Shown piece after piece: positions 41,136 through 41,346 of a DNA stretch of 41,346 nt. Under the pieces are notes generated by a model, which was not told where the DNA came from, did no database searches, and saw only the letters and a list, made by a program, of their open reading frames with translations. The translations under genes were made by a program, and so were the position numbers. The DNA comes from Neovahlkampfia damariscottae (Eukaryota), in assembly GCA_016618085.1 (NCBI GenBank), contig JABLTG010000170.1, forward strand, positions 1-41,346. The letters run 5' to 3'. The first letter of the stretch is position 1; the number at the start of each line of letters is the position of its first letter.

Positions 41136-41279
41136 ATGGAAGATTTAATTGCCATTATTTTAATAACAATATTTGTAATTTACATGATAATATTAAAATT
41201 AAACCAAATTAATAATTTAATTCAAAAATATTCTGAAAATATTGATGAAAATACTGAATTGAAATACAAAGATTTATAA
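41136..41279 (+). CDS. 47-aa single-pass membrane protein, below the ORF-track cutoff
   Basis: MEDLIAIILITIFVIYMIILKLNQ...YKDL*. AT-rich TATAAATG leader like neighbouring genes. Confidence 0.6.
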   Translation: MEDLIAIILITIFVIYMIILKLNQINNLIQKYSENIDENTELKYKDL

Positions 41280-41314
41280 ATTTTATTTAAATTAATATAT
41301 ATATTTAATTTATT

Positions 41315-41346
41315 ATGAAAGTTCAAGAATTAATTGAAGAAAAATA
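41315..41346 (+). CDS. Start of next element ORF, truncated by the window edge
   Basis: ATG at 41315, MKVQELIEEK..., with the same spacing pattern as upstream genes. Confidence 0.45.
   Translation, partial: MKVQELIEEK

Larger units (their letters stand above)
30146..41346. mobile_element. Endogenous Polinton-like (Maverick/PLV-type) DNA virus; left end probably within ~29700-30145; runs off the right edge
   Basis: DDE integrase divergent from a PolB-helicase gene, followed by a co-oriented, intronless, tightly packed array of virus-type ORFs. This contrasts sharply with the intron-rich host genes. Confidence 0.88.

Overview
Very AT-rich, extremely compact eukaryotic (protist-like) genomic DNA using the standard code. 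It has 28-42 nt GT-AG introns, a CCAATCA motif close to most host start codons, and convergent genes only 5-11 bp apart. A heterolobosean/Discoba-type host is plausible but is inference only. The supplied ORF track ignores splicing, so I rebuilt the gene models by hand. Layout: (1) 2-~391 holds the 3' end of a TnpB/Fanzor2-type RNA-guided nuclease followed by a G-U-rich hairpin region, the likely omegaRNA scaffold. (2) 419-25662 holds host genes: ARL6-like, GT49, C2-RasGAP, RBM19/Mrd1, Beclin/Atg6, DUF1295, DAP decarboxylase, F-box-SAP, ARL5, a degenerate G-alpha, DUF1028, PUB, a VP39-like cap 2'-O-methyltransferase, MED16, eIF3d, COG1, tRNA-Lys(TTT) and UCH-L. (3) ~25700-30100 is an unstable zone with pseudogene fragments, a 125-bp-period direct repeat, an orphan Zn-deaminase-motif gene and a Sel1-repeat gene. 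(4) 30146 to the window end is an intronless, apparently intact endogenous Polinton-like DNA virus. It carries a DDE integrase, a 1276-aa PolB + SF1 helicase + HNH fusion with a possible N-terminal Cys/His protease, Zn-finger genes, three tandem paralogous helical proteins (the last with an AT-hook), a DUF5767-like protein and membrane proteins. No capsid, packaging ATPase or terminal inverted repeat is recognisable within the window.
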